64,000 nucleotides of DNA from Vicugna vicugna (taxonomy: Eukaryota). Location of the stretch: the NCBI GenBank assembly GCA_013265495.1, contig MU058824.1:4986691-5050690 (forward strand), read 5' to 3'. Positions 51,171 to 64,000 of the stretch are shown here, piece by piece. The notes beneath the pieces are model-generated. The model was not told where the DNA came from, ran no database searches, and saw nothing but the letters and a program-made list of their open reading frames with translations. Both the position numbers and the translations under genes were made by a program. Position 1 is the stretch's first letter, and the number at the start of each line of letters is the position of its first letter.

Positions 51171-51758
51171 TGAGACAGGAGGGAAGGAGGGAGGGCACAA
51201 CCATTAAAAGAATTACATAAGAATTAGCACCAAGATGGTGGAAAATTCAACTCCCAATAGACCCCAAGGCCCAAGACGGCAGGAGATTTGACTTCCAGTA
51301 GACCTTGAACTTCATTATACGCTCATAGTAATATATTAGCATGGTAAATGGCACTTCCATGACAGTTCAGGGGCTAACCATAAAAGGTCAAAAACTGGGC
51401 AATGGCCTGATTCCTGGGAATCCCAGCCCCTTCCCCAAAGTAGTTGGAAGAATTCTCCCACTTTTAGTATATGAAGCTATCAAAAACTATGAAACCCATA
51501 AGAAAAACATACGAGACCATAAAACCTAGCAACACCATGCCTCGTGGCCTCTCGCTCCCTCGCTTTCAGAGACAGCCCGCACTCTATGTATGGAGTACGC
51601 ACCTTTCTAAATAAATCTACTTTTACTCAACTACTGCTCGCTCTTGAATTCTTTCCTGTAGAACGCCAAGAACCCTTACTTAGCAGGATGTGCCCCAGGG
51701 ACTTGTCCAAGGCCTGGGACATGGCCATCCTCTCCTACCCCATTTTTTCCCAGTATCA
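51171..51758 (+). mobile_element. ERV solo LTR (588 bp)
   Basis: TG...CA termini, 5-bp TSD ATGGT on both sides, AATAAA at about 51610. Confidence 0.85.
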
Positions 51759-52169
51759 ATGGTACATTGAGAAAAAAATATTGGCAACTCATACCACAGG
51801 CAAGAATTAACTTCCTTAAAACAGTAAAAAAAAAACCAAAAACAAACAAAAAGAAAAAACAAAAAAACCTCCTGGTAATCAAAACCTCAAAGGAAAAAAA
51901 TTGGCAAAGAATACAAATAGACTGTTCAGAGAAAAGTAATAGCCTTTATTTATACGAAAACATGCTTAACTTTACCAACAACAACATATGCAAATTTAAA
52001 CTCAACTGGGACACCATTGCCTAGAAGATAAGCGAAAATCCAAAAGTTTAACAAGTCACTCTGTTGGTGGGTTTGGGAAAAAAAAAAGCACCCTCATATC
52101 AGTAAGAGTGTAAGTTGGGGAAAAAAAAAAGCTGTTAACAAATATCTTTCTCAATATATTTCAAGGTAT

Positions 52170-52490
52170 ACCATACCATGCGCTTGAAGTTAGACAGGGT
52201 TATATAATTTGCTTTAGCCAGGGAAATGTGAGCAAAAGTGACATACTGTATCTCCTGGGCAGAAGCTGTAAAAGCCAGAGTGCAATTTGCTATATTCTCT
52301 TTCATTTGTTATCTTTTCTTTCCATCTACCACAAATACTGGCAATGTCCTAGAAGCTGGCTAAATATTTAGCCTGGATTGCAGAGAAGATAACTTAAAGC
52401 AGAACTCCTTGACACACAGAATGACAAGTATAGTATGAGCAAAATAAATCTTTTTTGTTTTAGGGCAATATTTACTGAAATTATAAACAT
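52170..52490 (+). mobile_element. Old MaLR (MLT1H/I/J-like) LTR fragment
   Basis: gaaatgtgagcaaaagtgacat...atgagcaaaataaatctttt motifs. Confidence 0.5.
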
Positions 52491-53435
52491 AAGTCCCCTC
52501 AGATGTACCTGCGCACATGCAAAATGACATATGTAAAAGGTAATCTTTTGAAACATAGCTTCTTTTAGAAAATGACCACAAACAGCAAAATGAACATCAA
52601 TAGAAGACTAGTTACATACTTGCAGTACATCCATACAGTGAAATATTATGCGGTTGTTTAAAAAAAAAAGAAAAAATTCTCTTAGAGCTAATATGGAAGG
52701 ATCTCCAAGTGAAAAAGCAAGATGTTCCTAGCGTGTATAATATACCATCTTTTACTGAAAAAAAGGGAGGGGGCGGGAGTAGAGTTTATATTCATATTTG
52801 CTTGCTTATACTCATATATAAAGAAATTCTATAATAAGAAACTAACAAAAATTAGCATCTTAGGGCAGATAGGTAGAACTTTCAATTACTCAAGGAAAAA
52901 AAATCCTCGGTGCCATCCTTCTTACTACCTCATATCCTCAATGAATCTGCCAGCAAATCTCATCTCTAGTATAAATAGTGTACTTCAGCCTCTATCATAA
53001 ACTGTTATCAGATCCTTCTTTAAACTCTAGCTTATATTCCTCCTCTTGGCCACATCCAATCAGCTTCCAATCACATTACCTGTGTTAAGAATATATTTAC
53101 TGTTGTTCTCTTATTCCATTAAGTTGCAATGGTTCTTGGTTACTCTTAAATAAACCATGCTTTTCTCTAAATGATTTTAAGCTTTGGCAACTGTTTTTAG
53201 CTATTCGTTTTGAGAGACTCTGAATTGCCTCTTAAAAGAAAAAGTCATAGCAAACTGCTCCAATATATTCTTGTTTTTCTCATTCAGAACTTTTCTTCTA
53301 CATGGAGATTACTTTCCTTTATAAGAATTACGAGACACTTCTGAAAAATTAGAAATAAAAAATTGATGAGGAAAAAGGAAAATCTCTTTCTTACTACTGT
53401 ATGCCAACTAATGAATGTAGAAACGATAATGGAAA

Positions 53436-54056
53436 TGTTAGAGCAGGCAGACAGCTAGATATGAACAGAGAAATGAGGGGGTAGAGGGGTTGGCGCACAG
53501 GCCAGATGGTAGGACGCCATACATTTTGTGAACAACGGGGGTCCTTAGGCAGACAAAGAAAAGAAGGAACCTCTGGACTGATAGGAAACCACACATTTTG
53601 AGGTGATAAGTGTCCGGGAGGCAAACAAAGGAAGATGGGAAGAGGCTGCAATCTCCAGCGTCAGAATGTAAGCTTTCGCTCATTGTGCCCTCATTACAGT
53701 AAGATTGGCCTTGCAGATAAAAAGTACCCGACATGCACCAATGCCATAACACTTCCAATCAAGACTGAAAAAGGGCAAAAATCCCTCCTCCCCTCAGGAA
53801 GCTGGAGCTAGAATGAAAAATCAGGGAATATAACCCCAAGCCCCTCCCTCTCCAATGAATATTCTGCCCATTCACTTTTACAACCTATGTAACCAGCTTG
53901 CCAAAGAAACTCAGGGCAGAACTCACCTGAGTCTGCCTGCTCTCCCCTTGAGAGCATCCTATCACTTAAAATAAATCTTCACTTTACTTTTTTGACCTTC
54001 ATGTCTCATCTCTGAATTCTTTAAGTGATGAGACAAGAATCTACTCTCTGGTAACA
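53436..54056 (+). mobile_element. ERV1-type solo LTR (621 bp) inserted into an old L1
   Basis: Inverted termini TGTTA...TAACA, 4-bp TSD GAAA, AATAAA at about 53970. Confidence 0.85.
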
Positions 54057-54059
54057 GAA

Positions 54060-54920
54060 ACAGAAAAGTTAACATTTGGCAACCACCATTAGTGGCAGTA
54101 GATTCAGACAGGAGTAATCAATGGATATTCAGCTGGTATGTGGAGATTTGAAGAGGAACAAGATATTGACATAGTCTCAGAGTATTGCACCACAAAACAC
54201 TTACCAATTACAAAAGGAAAAATGGTGCCTGTACAGTAGAGAAATCTGGCAGATACAAATTTAACTAGGTGATTAAGGTTAACATTACAAGGGGTAGGGC
54301 AGGTTGACAATACAACATATACTCTTCTGATGCAATTTACTAAAAAGAGCTCAACGTCATTTTTGTGTAATGCCTGTGAAGAAAGTATGGCCTGAGTCTG
54401 GACATGAGGAAACACTTGGATGGACCCAAAATGAAGAATATGCTAAAAAATAAAAGGCCTGTACTATCTGTCCAAGATGAGAGGGACTAAGGAGTTATTC
54501 CAGATTAAAGGAGATTAAGAGACATGACTACTAAGTGCAACATGTCAGACTGTATTTTATCCTAGACCAGAAAAGAGACATTGTTGGGACTGTTGGCAAA
54601 ATTTGCATGAGGTACTGATCACAGTGCTGTGGTTGATTTCTTGATCTGGGTAGTTACATTGTGGTTATATCAGAGAGTAGCCTTGTGTTTTGGTAAACAC
54701 AAATAGGAGTATTTAGGAGTGACAGAACATCAAAACTTCCAACTTTCTCTCAAATCATTCAGAAACAGATTAATCATAAAGGATGGAGGGTGATGAAGCA
54801 AATGTAAAATGTCAACAACTGGAGCATCTTGGTGAGGAGGATATGGGAGTTCTTTATACTGTTGTTTTGTTGGCAACTTTTCTGTAAGTTTGAAGTTATT
54901 TCAAAGTAAATTACTTTTTA
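54060..54920 (+). mobile_element. L1MC-like 3' region
   Basis: ccagattaaaggagattaagagacatgactactaagtgcaa...gcaacttttctgtaagtttgaagttatttcaaagtaa. Confidence 0.7.
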
Positions 54921-55576
54921 AGTGTGTTTATACTTGTAAGCATGCTTGCATTTTTAATGTCTGCCAACTATTATAATACTGATAGCCACTTGTCATCATT
55001 TAAAAATGTCCTTTCTGCCTAAAGACTGACTCCTGACACACAGATAAGGACACTTCAAACTTCCAACACTGAAAATGAAAAAAGATTTCTATTTTTGCTT
55101 TTCTATATTGTTTCAGATATTAATGTTGATTAGTGTTGATGATTTGGGCCTTAAATTAGGGAAGCCCACAGAAATTTCTGAACACTAGATTTCTGAGTAA
55201 AATTTCTGGCTCTGTAAAGGTCAGCCTGTGGTACTTGAATTGGCTGGCCAAAGGAGACAACAACTGACTCTAAGAGGTCTTGAAATAGTCCCCTGTCCTA
55301 AACTCAAAATAAAGTGGTCTCATACATGATAATGGTACTGAAAATAGTATTTAATATTATCTTCAGGCTCTCAACCCACTAGGTCTATTTGATTTCCATT
55401 AATCAGCATAGAAAGAAGCCAAAGTCCACCTCCCCATCTCTTAAGCCTCTAGCTTACTTATGAATTCCCAGAAGCGTGTTGTAAGATGACTAATCACTGA
55501 CTGCTTCTTCAGCACCATATGTCCCCCAGTTTCAAAGGAAAAATTGTCCCAGCTAGAACCAGAACAGATTTCTTAC

Positions 55577-55667
55577 CTCCTGCAGCTGGAGTCGAACCTT
55601 GGTAACTGCTCGGATCCAGTGTGCTCTGGCTTGGGTAAACGGTGAAGATGCACTCTCCTCGGGAACA
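55577..55667 (-). CDS. UNC13B: ubMunc13-2 exon with Ca2+/calmodulin-binding motif ((S)[30 protein letters not shown])
   Basis: Conserved [13 protein letters not shown]aM motif; aag acceptor 55670-55668, GAG|gtaag donor; phase 2 in, phase 0 out, in frame with the 9052 exon. Confidence 0.94.
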
Positions 55668-56181
55668 CTTGTAATAAAGTAAAAAGTGTTCCTTAAAAAT
55701 AAGCCCAGACCACAAGATGACAGTGCTCAAGGCAAAACTGCCGAATATCTAAAATTAAAAAGGTTTGTATTCATGCCCATAGTTGTCTAGTGATTCAGGC
55801 CACTAAAACAGTATAGTCCTGAATATCCAATGTGAAAAAAATTCCTCTCTAAAAATGACAACTCCTTTTAGCTTTTCATCTGTTCCCTCTCTTTCTTCCC
55901 CCTTTCCCACTCATCCAGTGAGGCAGCTCATAGGGGCAGTCAGGGATTAGGATACTAGGTGCAATGACAAGGGCTCTCAGTCAATGTCTAGCATTGGAAC
56001 CATGCAGAGAGGTGTGGAGTAACCCTACCATCCTACCTCTCAAGACTAACAGCCTCCCTTGAAGGGTCTACATAGCATCCTTAAGGCAGAATTTTGCTCC
56101 TGCAAACCCTTCCTGCTCCACTAAGTATTTTAGAAGGCTTACCAATTCCTAGACTGCAACAGTGATAAGAAAAAAAGCAGA

Positions 56182-56253
56182 CATGCACGAGGTCCTGGGT
56201 GCAATCCCCTGTACCTCTGTTAAAAAATAAAAATAAATAAACCTAATTCTCTC
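56182..56253 (+). mobile_element. 5'-truncated tRNA-derived SINE (Vic-1-like, camelid)
   Basis: catgcacgaggtcctgggtgcaatcccctgtacctc + A-rich + aaacctaatt matches the Vic-1 pattern as I recall it. Confidence 0.65.
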
Positions 56254-56961
56254 ATAAAAGAAGGGGAGGAGAAGCAGAGCCTTTTTCCTGCTGTGATCTT
56301 GTTACTTGAGCTGCCTCAGGAACACCCTCAGTGAAACAAACAATAAATATAACAAAGTAGCTTTGAGACAGAACACTACCCTGTATTAGAGCATATCATC
56401 ATCCAGGTTCTTAACTGTGGAATAGTGGTTAATTCTTGGTGATGACGCTTCTCCTCCCTCCCATTGGGATCTACTGCCAAGGGAGCAAACAAGCACCCAC
56501 CATCTAGACACATATAATATATGCTAGGCTCTGATGCCACCTAACTGGGTCAATTGTTTTAAAACATTTGTGGGCACTTCTGAAACTGACCTGGACATCA
56601 CTTGCACAGCTAGGATCTGAGAGGACTGAGCCAGTAGACAAAGACAAATGTCTATGCAGGGCACTTCCACTGCTTGACCAAGAACTCTATCCATACAACA
56701 GCATCTTCAAAGTCCAAGGTCTACAAAGAGCCATCTTTCAGTGGGTCATCAATCTAGTAAAGAAGCTGGTCCAGAACTCAGTCTGCCTGATGTCTTGTCT
56801 ACTAGATAAGCCACCAAAGATGATTAAAAATCAGGAAAACAAAGAGAAGATAAGTTTCTATCTTCAAGTGGTAGAATAGAGGCACCAACCATTCTCTAAC
56901 TTTTACCTCATAATCAGCATTCACTGCTCTCATCTTTTATGACCTTGAAATTTGAGAATTA

Positions 56962-57152
56962 AGTTTTCAACTGGGAACAGTTTTGCCACCCAGGGGAAAT
57001 TTGGCAATATCTGGAGACATTTTTGGTTTACAGGCATCTAGCGTGCAGAGGCCAGGGATGCCACTAAACATCCCACAGTGCATGCAAGAGCTCCCCGTAA
57101 CAAAGACATATCTGACTAAAAATGTCAATAGGGCCAAGACTGAGAAACCCTG
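56962..57152 (+). mobile_element. MER20 hAT-Charlie DNA transposon
   Basis: tttggcaatatctggagacatttttggtt...aaatgtcaatagggccaagactgagaaaccctg. Confidence 0.8.
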
Positions 57153-57797
57153 CTCTGCCCCAATCTATCAGCACTTCTACTGACTAACTTAGCTCAATAA
57201 TAACAACTCAAACTCTGTACTAAGCTTCATTACATGACTATTAAAAGGACAAGTTTTAAATTTTCCTTCTTATGGGTACCAACTGCCAGGCACACTGCTA
57301 GGCCCTGGGGAGACAGAAGGGTGGGTTAGATCTGGCTTCTAGACTAATTCTTTCTTCTCTCTCCTGGTTTTCTTAGCCAGGAAAAAATATAATGATAATA
57401 AAACAAACAAATAAAAAACAATATTCACAAAAGAAATTTAAACAATAGGCTGGGAAGCCTATTTCATTCAAACCAGCTCCTCTGAATGAAATGACCTACA
57501 GGGCTCAGGTCAGTACCAGACTCAGAAGCTGCAATATGTGGGTCAACTAGTAAGCCAAGAACTACAGTCTCAAGAAGGCCTGGTACACTGCTGCTATAAT
57601 GTTCTTCAGAGACCCTCAAAATACCTTGGGAATTACACCAAAAATCAAAGGAAGCAGTTCAGAGATAAGCCTCAATGTCCTGATCACCACCACACCCAGC
57701 TGTACGAAAACAAACAAAAGCACTTATTCTATTCAGCAATACCACAGGGCAGGTACTGAGGAAACCATGTGAGCTCCTTAGGGTAGCCATCACCTAC

Positions 57798-58112
57798 CTC
57801 TCCTGGGGGCCTAGGATGTGGTCTTTGTGTAGCACCAGATCCGGGGGAGGATGGGTTGTGGCATCTTCTTTCATATCCTCGGGTTCACATGCTCCTTCCT
57901 TCTCCTCTTCACCCGTCACCTCCAAGACTTTCTCTTGTTCTCCAAAACCCACTTGGCCATCTCTGGAGAAGCTACCAGAGCTGTGGCAGGAATGAATCGA
58001 GTCCCTCTCCCGACGATCATCATCTTGTTCATGACACTGGTCAAGTTCACTCAGCTGAGAGCTTCCTTGACTCACATTACAGGAGGAGCCATACCTACTA
58101 CTGCTGGTGGGG
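57798..58112 (-). CDS. UNC13B: ubMunc13-2 N-terminal region exon ((S)[25 protein letters not shown]...HILGPQE)
   Basis: 315 nt; cag acceptor 58115-58113, AG|gtaggt donor; phase 2/2; sequence recognisable as UNC13B. Confidence 0.93.
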
Positions 58113-60236
58113 CTGTGAGAATGAGAGGAAGACAGATTAGTAAATAAATACAAACCAGGAACCAGAGAAAAATAATGGATAAATCTAGAAAATAATAATT
58201 CTACCACTGGCAAGGATCACAAACAGGTGGTTGCTGGGAAGAGAGGATCAAACTTCACAATCTATAAGATCTAGTTTCTACTCAGCTAAATCACAACAGG
58301 AAAGATAACACAACATGTTGGGTTCCTACACTTAACCTCATCCCTACAATTGACTTTGAAGAATACTTTATCTTAATGTGGTATTTGTAAGTAGGATGAA
58401 GAATTATTAATAATCTGTTGTTTATGCCCCAAATTCTCTAATTGGACTTCTAAAGAAACTTGTCCAGTGGCTATGATTAAAGTTTTCTAATTCTTACAAA
58501 ATAAAACGGATAGATGAACTCTATTCCCTTTTTCTATTATTTATTAAATTGAGTTCCCCCTTTCTTCCTCCAAAATTGTAAATGTAAATGTCATTCCTCA
58601 GGAAAAAAAAAAAATCATTCCTCAGAATGAGCAAAGGAGAGTGAGCACATTCCTTCAATTACCTCTCAGCCATCTGCACAATGAGGTAATGGAAACCATC
58701 GGGAAATGGAGGCTAGGACCAAGAAATCCCTCAGGGGAATGGTTTATCAATATGAACATTACAGTGATATCCCTGGCAGCACAGGGAGATGAGGAACCTA
58801 CTCATCCATAACTGAGTTGCTCTTAGGACATGGCTCAGTTTTGGATAAAGTGGACACAATCCAACTCCAGGATATGAGTCAGGGACATGTTAATCCATTT
58901 CTGTATCTGAAGAGAGACCAGACCAACCCTCTCTTGACCACCTGCATTCCTATACCTAGAAAGGAAATTTGTTCCCCTGCTATAAGAGACAGCAGCTGTA
59001 GCAGAGAAAGTGGCAGTGAATCGTAACCAGAAAGAGCAGTATCAGAAGCTACTCTCTTGAGTCATATACTGAATTTAAGGGGTTCAGATCTATTCAAAAT
59101 AGAGGGACTTGGGGATGAGCTACATGATCTTTCCCAGCCCATTTGATTCCACCCCAAGTCAGGGGCCCTTGTTTTACTTCTGATATCCTGCTGGAAAGCC
59201 TCCATGCAAAAGGACAAGGAATTTCCTTGCCAAAGAATCAAGTCTTTAACTTTAGGGCTTATGCTTACTCTTGGCCAAATGAAGGTAAATCACTGTTTTC
59301 CAGTGATATTTTCCCTATAGCTACTCCCAATTGTCTGGTATTTTCAGGCTGATTTCTGCTTCTTCATCTCATGGCAGCAGAACAGTTATGAGGTCACTGT
59401 TCTGAGTAGTTCCCAACACACGTATGTGTATGCACACACAATTTCCAAAGTCCTTGCCCAGCCTCTTTGGACCAGTCTGGGCCAGAGTTCATGGCAGCAA
59501 TCTTAAACTGCCCTGTATGATGCTTCTTCTTCTTAAGGGACAGTAGTACCCACTGCAGATGAACCCTGCACAATGCTCCAGACTGAAGAACAGCAAACGA
59601 TAGTCCTGAGCTTCTGTGAGACTTTACTCAAAGCACTTATCAGACACCAATCTCATGGGAAATAAAAGGCAGAGACTGGAAGAAGCTGTGCAAAAACATA
59701 TGGAATAGGATATATAGTATAGATTAGCCCAAGCCATCCTTCACACTTTGCATTTTACTTAATACTCTAATTGCCACTGGAGAAAGCATCTTAGAAGACT
59801 TGGAAAAGTAAAGTAGGTCTCTCTCAGCTATTACAGATACAAGTGCCGATGGCCCAAGAAAGCATTCTAGCCTATCATGTGGCTGTAACTGATATATGTC
59901 ACTCAACAATTTGCTGCCCCTTGTCACCCTCCCTTCTCCATTCTACATAATACAAGGCAGAGCAAACCAAAGTGATTAAATCCCAGGGCCCAGCCTTTCC
60001 CTTAAGCAGGAAGCTCCTTGTTCCAATAAATGAATTACATTTGATAGGGAGAAGAGAAGATGACAATACCCACACATTATTCCTTGTTACTTAACCCCTA
60101 ATTAACATGAAGAACCAGGTGCTGGGGATACACAGGAAGGATAATAAGCAGGCTATGATTCATCTACCACTAAGTAATTGCATCATAAATGGTCAATTCT
60201 TTAAAATCATTTATGATGCTTTAGTTGAGAACAGGC

Positions 60237-63200
60237 CTTTTGATGGTCTTTGGTTCCTTGATGTTACTCAGAGTAACTGGCTGCTGTACATTCGAAACAG
60301 AGTCAGTGCTAGCAGGCTCTGCCTCCTCTTCACGTGTTTCTGGCTGGTGAAGTAGCTCAGAGATGGTGCAGAGTTCTTCCCCACAACCCTCTGAAGGACA
60401 GGTTGGGTCAGAGAGGTTATCTTTGGTACCCCAGTGCTCTCCAGATGTTGGGATTTCCTGCTGGTTTTCCACTTCTCCAGACCCTGAAAACTCATGAGCA
60501 CATACACTTGGCCTGGCCTCCAGCTGCTCAGAGGTCCCAGAGGGCTGAGGAAAGACCTTTGCTGACTCAGTACTTGGCCCAGACATTTGCAAAGATTCCA
60601 AAGTTTTGTCAGCCTCACTGGATTTAATGTCTTGATCACTGCTGATAACCAAAACTGGAGAGGAAGATTCTGTAGGCATTTGTTCAGGGTCCCCTTTGTT
60701 CTCTTTTGGCCATGGGAATGAAAGATCCAGCTTCTTTCCAAACCTTAGTTTTGAATCACTCGTCACTATACTCCCTTTCCCCTCACTACCTCCCTCAAAC
60801 AGAGTTGACAACTTCTTAAAACTGGACATTAAACCAGTCTCTGCTCTATTGCCAGAGGAGGAAGGTGAGGAAAAGAAAGAGCTCAGTGGTTTCCCATAAT
60901 CAGTAGCAGAGGATGGGAACCGGAGCTTTGGCCAACTGGTTATGTTTGGGATCTCAAAACGGGGACTTGGCTGCTCTGTTTCCTGGGAAACCGCAGGTGG
61001 CTCTTTCTGGCCATCAGGTAACCCATAGCTTTCTTTGGCACAAAGCACAGGTTCCTCCAGCAGAGGGTGGGAAAGGTACCCATGGGTTTCTAGTGCAGCA
61101 CTCTGGCCAACACTTGCCTCAGTGAACAGTGTGGTATTGGTTTCTAGTGAATTGGCTGCCTGTAGCTCTAAGTCTTGGGTTGTGGAGGCAGACTGCATAT
61201 CTGGCTCTGGCTCAAGAGGAAGAGGTGGCTGAACTGGAGGAGGAAGGTCTTTGGTAATCCAGGTAGGATCTGGATGCAATTGTGTTGGTAATGAGACATG
61301 CTCTGCTTCCAATGATGCCTCTGTGTCTGTGCCCTGCAATATCCCCATGTCTCCTTCATCACTCAGAGATAATACTCCTTGCCCAGTATCATCCCCTGAG
61401 ACAGAAGATGCAGCCTCTATGATCTCAGAACCTCGGGGTTCTGGAATATTGTCAGGAATATTACTGTTTTCCATTTCAGTTGTTAGTTTAGGATCATCCA
61501 TCAAGGTCTCCGAGTCTGACTTTGCACTAACCACAGTCATTCTACAGTCACTGTCAATAGATTCTGATTTGAGTGCTCCAGAGGCAGCTTCTTTCCACAA
61601 ATTTTCCGGAGGTACTGATCCTACAGCATCTCTGGAACTAACATTTTGAAGCCATGTAGTAGCTGGGACAGATGATTCTTGTTGGTATGTCTCTGGTTTG
61701 GGACTTTTAAAAATTCCAAATAACTCACCTTTGAGAGGCTGAGATGATACACCAGAAGAAAGAGAGAAAAAGGAGTTTTTCTTTGGAAGTTTAGGAGAGG
61801 AGAAAAGTCCAGAGAAAGTTTTAGGAGGTTCAATTAAGGACCCAGAGAAAGATTTCACTTTGGTCACAAACCCTGAAAACATTTCTACTGAAGAGTCCAA
61901 CACTGATTTGTCTTCCTCTTTATCTGTATCTTGACTCTGGAGATGCCCTGTACACCCTGGCTCCACAGAGAAAGAGGCTGGCTCCAGGATCTCTGTGAAG
62001 ACCTCATTAGAGACCTTTTCTACTGGCAAGTTCAATGGGTCACTGGTACCTCTTTCATTTTGGTGGTAGTTAGTACACGTATCTAAATTGTTGAGACTTT
62101 CAACCAAATGGCTATCATGTGAAAAAGAGTTGGCCGGTGAGTCTCTTGGAAAGGCTTCCTGTAACAAAGCCTCTTCTTCAGGGGGAGATACCTCCAGGGT
62201 CTCTGGACCAATGAGTAGTGTTTCAGTCTGTGCCTGTAATCCTGATAAATGAGGAACGATGTCTTTTTGTGACTGATTTATCGGAAAATCTGCTGAAGAT
62301 GTTCCTAGTCCTTTATTGAAACCTAGTTTTCCTTGATAGTCCTCCTCTACATTGAGCTCATCTGCAGGAAGGGTAACCTCAGTGGTGTTGCTAATGAAAA
62401 CACAAGAAGCCATTTGCTGTTCATGAACTACCTCCTGGACTATGCTATCTCTATTGCCATTGGAACCTTCTCTAGACACTGTACCACCCCTGTCTACAGA
62501 AACACTTGGCTTCTTACAGGGCTGAGAAGTCACTGGAGCAACAGCTGAAAGGCTGTGTTTTCCCCCAGGAGTCTGCTGCTTTTCACCCAAAAAGGACAAG
62601 CTAAAGAAACTGAAAGAGCTCTTAGGAGAGGCATCCTTCTTGCTGCTTGAGTTAGCAGTGGAAAAAAAGGAGGGAAGAGTGAAGAGACTTTCTCCTTGAG
62701 ATCTGGTTCTTGGTAGAGCAGCAGAGGCTCTGTTCTCAGTTTTTTCAGATCCAGCCAAGAAAGAAAATATACTCTTTCTGGTTGGCAATTCTGATTGGGA
62801 TGGAGATGTTGTGGCAGTGGAAAAACTCTGGTCTTTGTCAAAAATATGATCTTGTTCATTTGAATTTTTCCTGCTCAGAGTATCTAAAGATATTTTATCA
62901 CTTCTTGGAACTTCCGTCACAGCAGACACACTGCTAGTTTCTACTGAAGAATCTTTGGAAGATTCTTTGAGACAACCTGTTAAGAAAGATGAAGGTGGTG
63001 ACTGCTGGATTATGTGGTCTCTGGAGGGTGTCTCTTCCCCAGTCAAATGATCACCCTGGATCTCCCCAGCTGATGGTTCCATTAGCCCACTGTCATCAAT
63101 AGTAGTCTGCTTGTTCAGATTTCTGTATCTAATCTTCCTTTTCGAGGAAACTGGTGCAGCAGGAAAGTTCCCAACATCCTGGCTAGTAAACTGTGTGGGA

Positions 63201-64000
63201 TTAGGACCTGCCTTGACCTCATCCTTATCAGTCGTTGAAGAAACAGACATATTATCAGTTGTCTGTTTAGGAGATATATTAGTTTTAAAGAAATCCCCAA
63301 GGGTACCAAAAAAATTTGAAACACTAGAAGATTCATTCTTTCCCTGCGATGATATCTTTTTATTTTTATCACCATTTTTTTCTAAATTTGGTGATCCTTC
63401 TTTATTCACCTGGGGTTTAAAGAGGTTCAAAAATCCAGATGCCTGTTTCTCATTTGCTATTCCACTTACTGAAGAGTCTTCTCCCTGATCAAAGAGTTTC
63501 AATGCACTTTTAAATAACGTTCTCTCAGATTCTTTGGAAGACTGGTCCTGGGGAGGCTCACAGTTCTTGTGCTCATCCCTACTAAACTGTGATACGAGAG
63601 GAATTGAAACAGAGTCAGCTGTGAACATCCTGTCATCTTCTGTATCTGATTTAGCCTGAGAAGTTGTTTGCTTTACCTGGAAAACAGATTTTAACAAACT
63701 TTGTTTTTTCACATGAGCTCTTTTATTTAAAGGGAATTCTTGCTTCATATTTTTAGCAAATTCAGGTCGCTGAACACTGGATATTATTTGTCTTTCTGAA
63801 TCCTTCTTGAGAAGGCTTTCTTCCTCATTTTGGGAGTTACTCTCTAGTTGCTTACTCAATATTAATGACTGAAGACCATCATTTGTGAGCTCTGCTAAGT
63901 TTGACTGCTGATCCAATTTCTGCAAGGCCGAAGAATCCAGTGATTCATTCTTACCAAAATGCAAAGTACTTCCAATCGAAGAACTCAAGGCAGAAGATAA
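60237..64000 (-). CDS. UNC13B: 3' portion of the giant alternative UNC13B exon (Ser/Glu/Pro-rich disordered region); 5' end lies beyond the window; 3' end uncertain (60237 if spliced, 60221 if read to the stop)
   Basis: More than 1250 uninterrupted codons, same strand as the gene, open to the window edge (TTA TCT TCT GCC TTG...); located directly upstream of the PTSSSRYG exon. Confidence 0.82.

Noticed and set aside
60334..63488. Plus-strand and alternative-frame ORFs within the giant exon
   Set aside because: Shadow ORFs of the 1255-codon frame

Overview
Mammalian (eukaryotic) genomic DNA, probably a camelid judging from a Vic-1-like SINE fragment. The whole window is internal to the UNC13B (Munc13-2) gene, transcribed on the minus strand. 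In transcript order (high to low coordinates) it holds: the 3' part of a giant, more than 3.7-kb intrinsically disordered coding exon open to the window edge; two ubMunc13-2 exons (the second carrying the Ca2+/calmodulin-binding motif); a probable alternative promoter and non-coding first exon near 30.3-30.9 kb, mostly inside a near-perfect 3.35-kb tandem duplication; the 2.3-kb bMunc13-2-specific N-terminal coding exon; a cluster of microexons (23, 24 and 6 nt, possibly a 7/4-nt one); and shared exons through C1 and the start of C2B. Introns carry L1, L2, MIR, Tigger/MER DNA transposons, MaLR and ERV solo LTRs, and a full-length U6 retrocopy with TSD. Most interesting: (1) a coiled-coil plus RRM module in the bMunc13-2 exon that looks like a domesticated non-LTR retrotransposon ORF1p; (2) a phase-coupled microexon system that acts as an obligatory adaptor for one isoform and a poison exon for the other; (3) the duplicated promoter region; (4) the unusual end and Phe-rich motifs of the giant exon. 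All boundaries were read by eye and no database searches were run.
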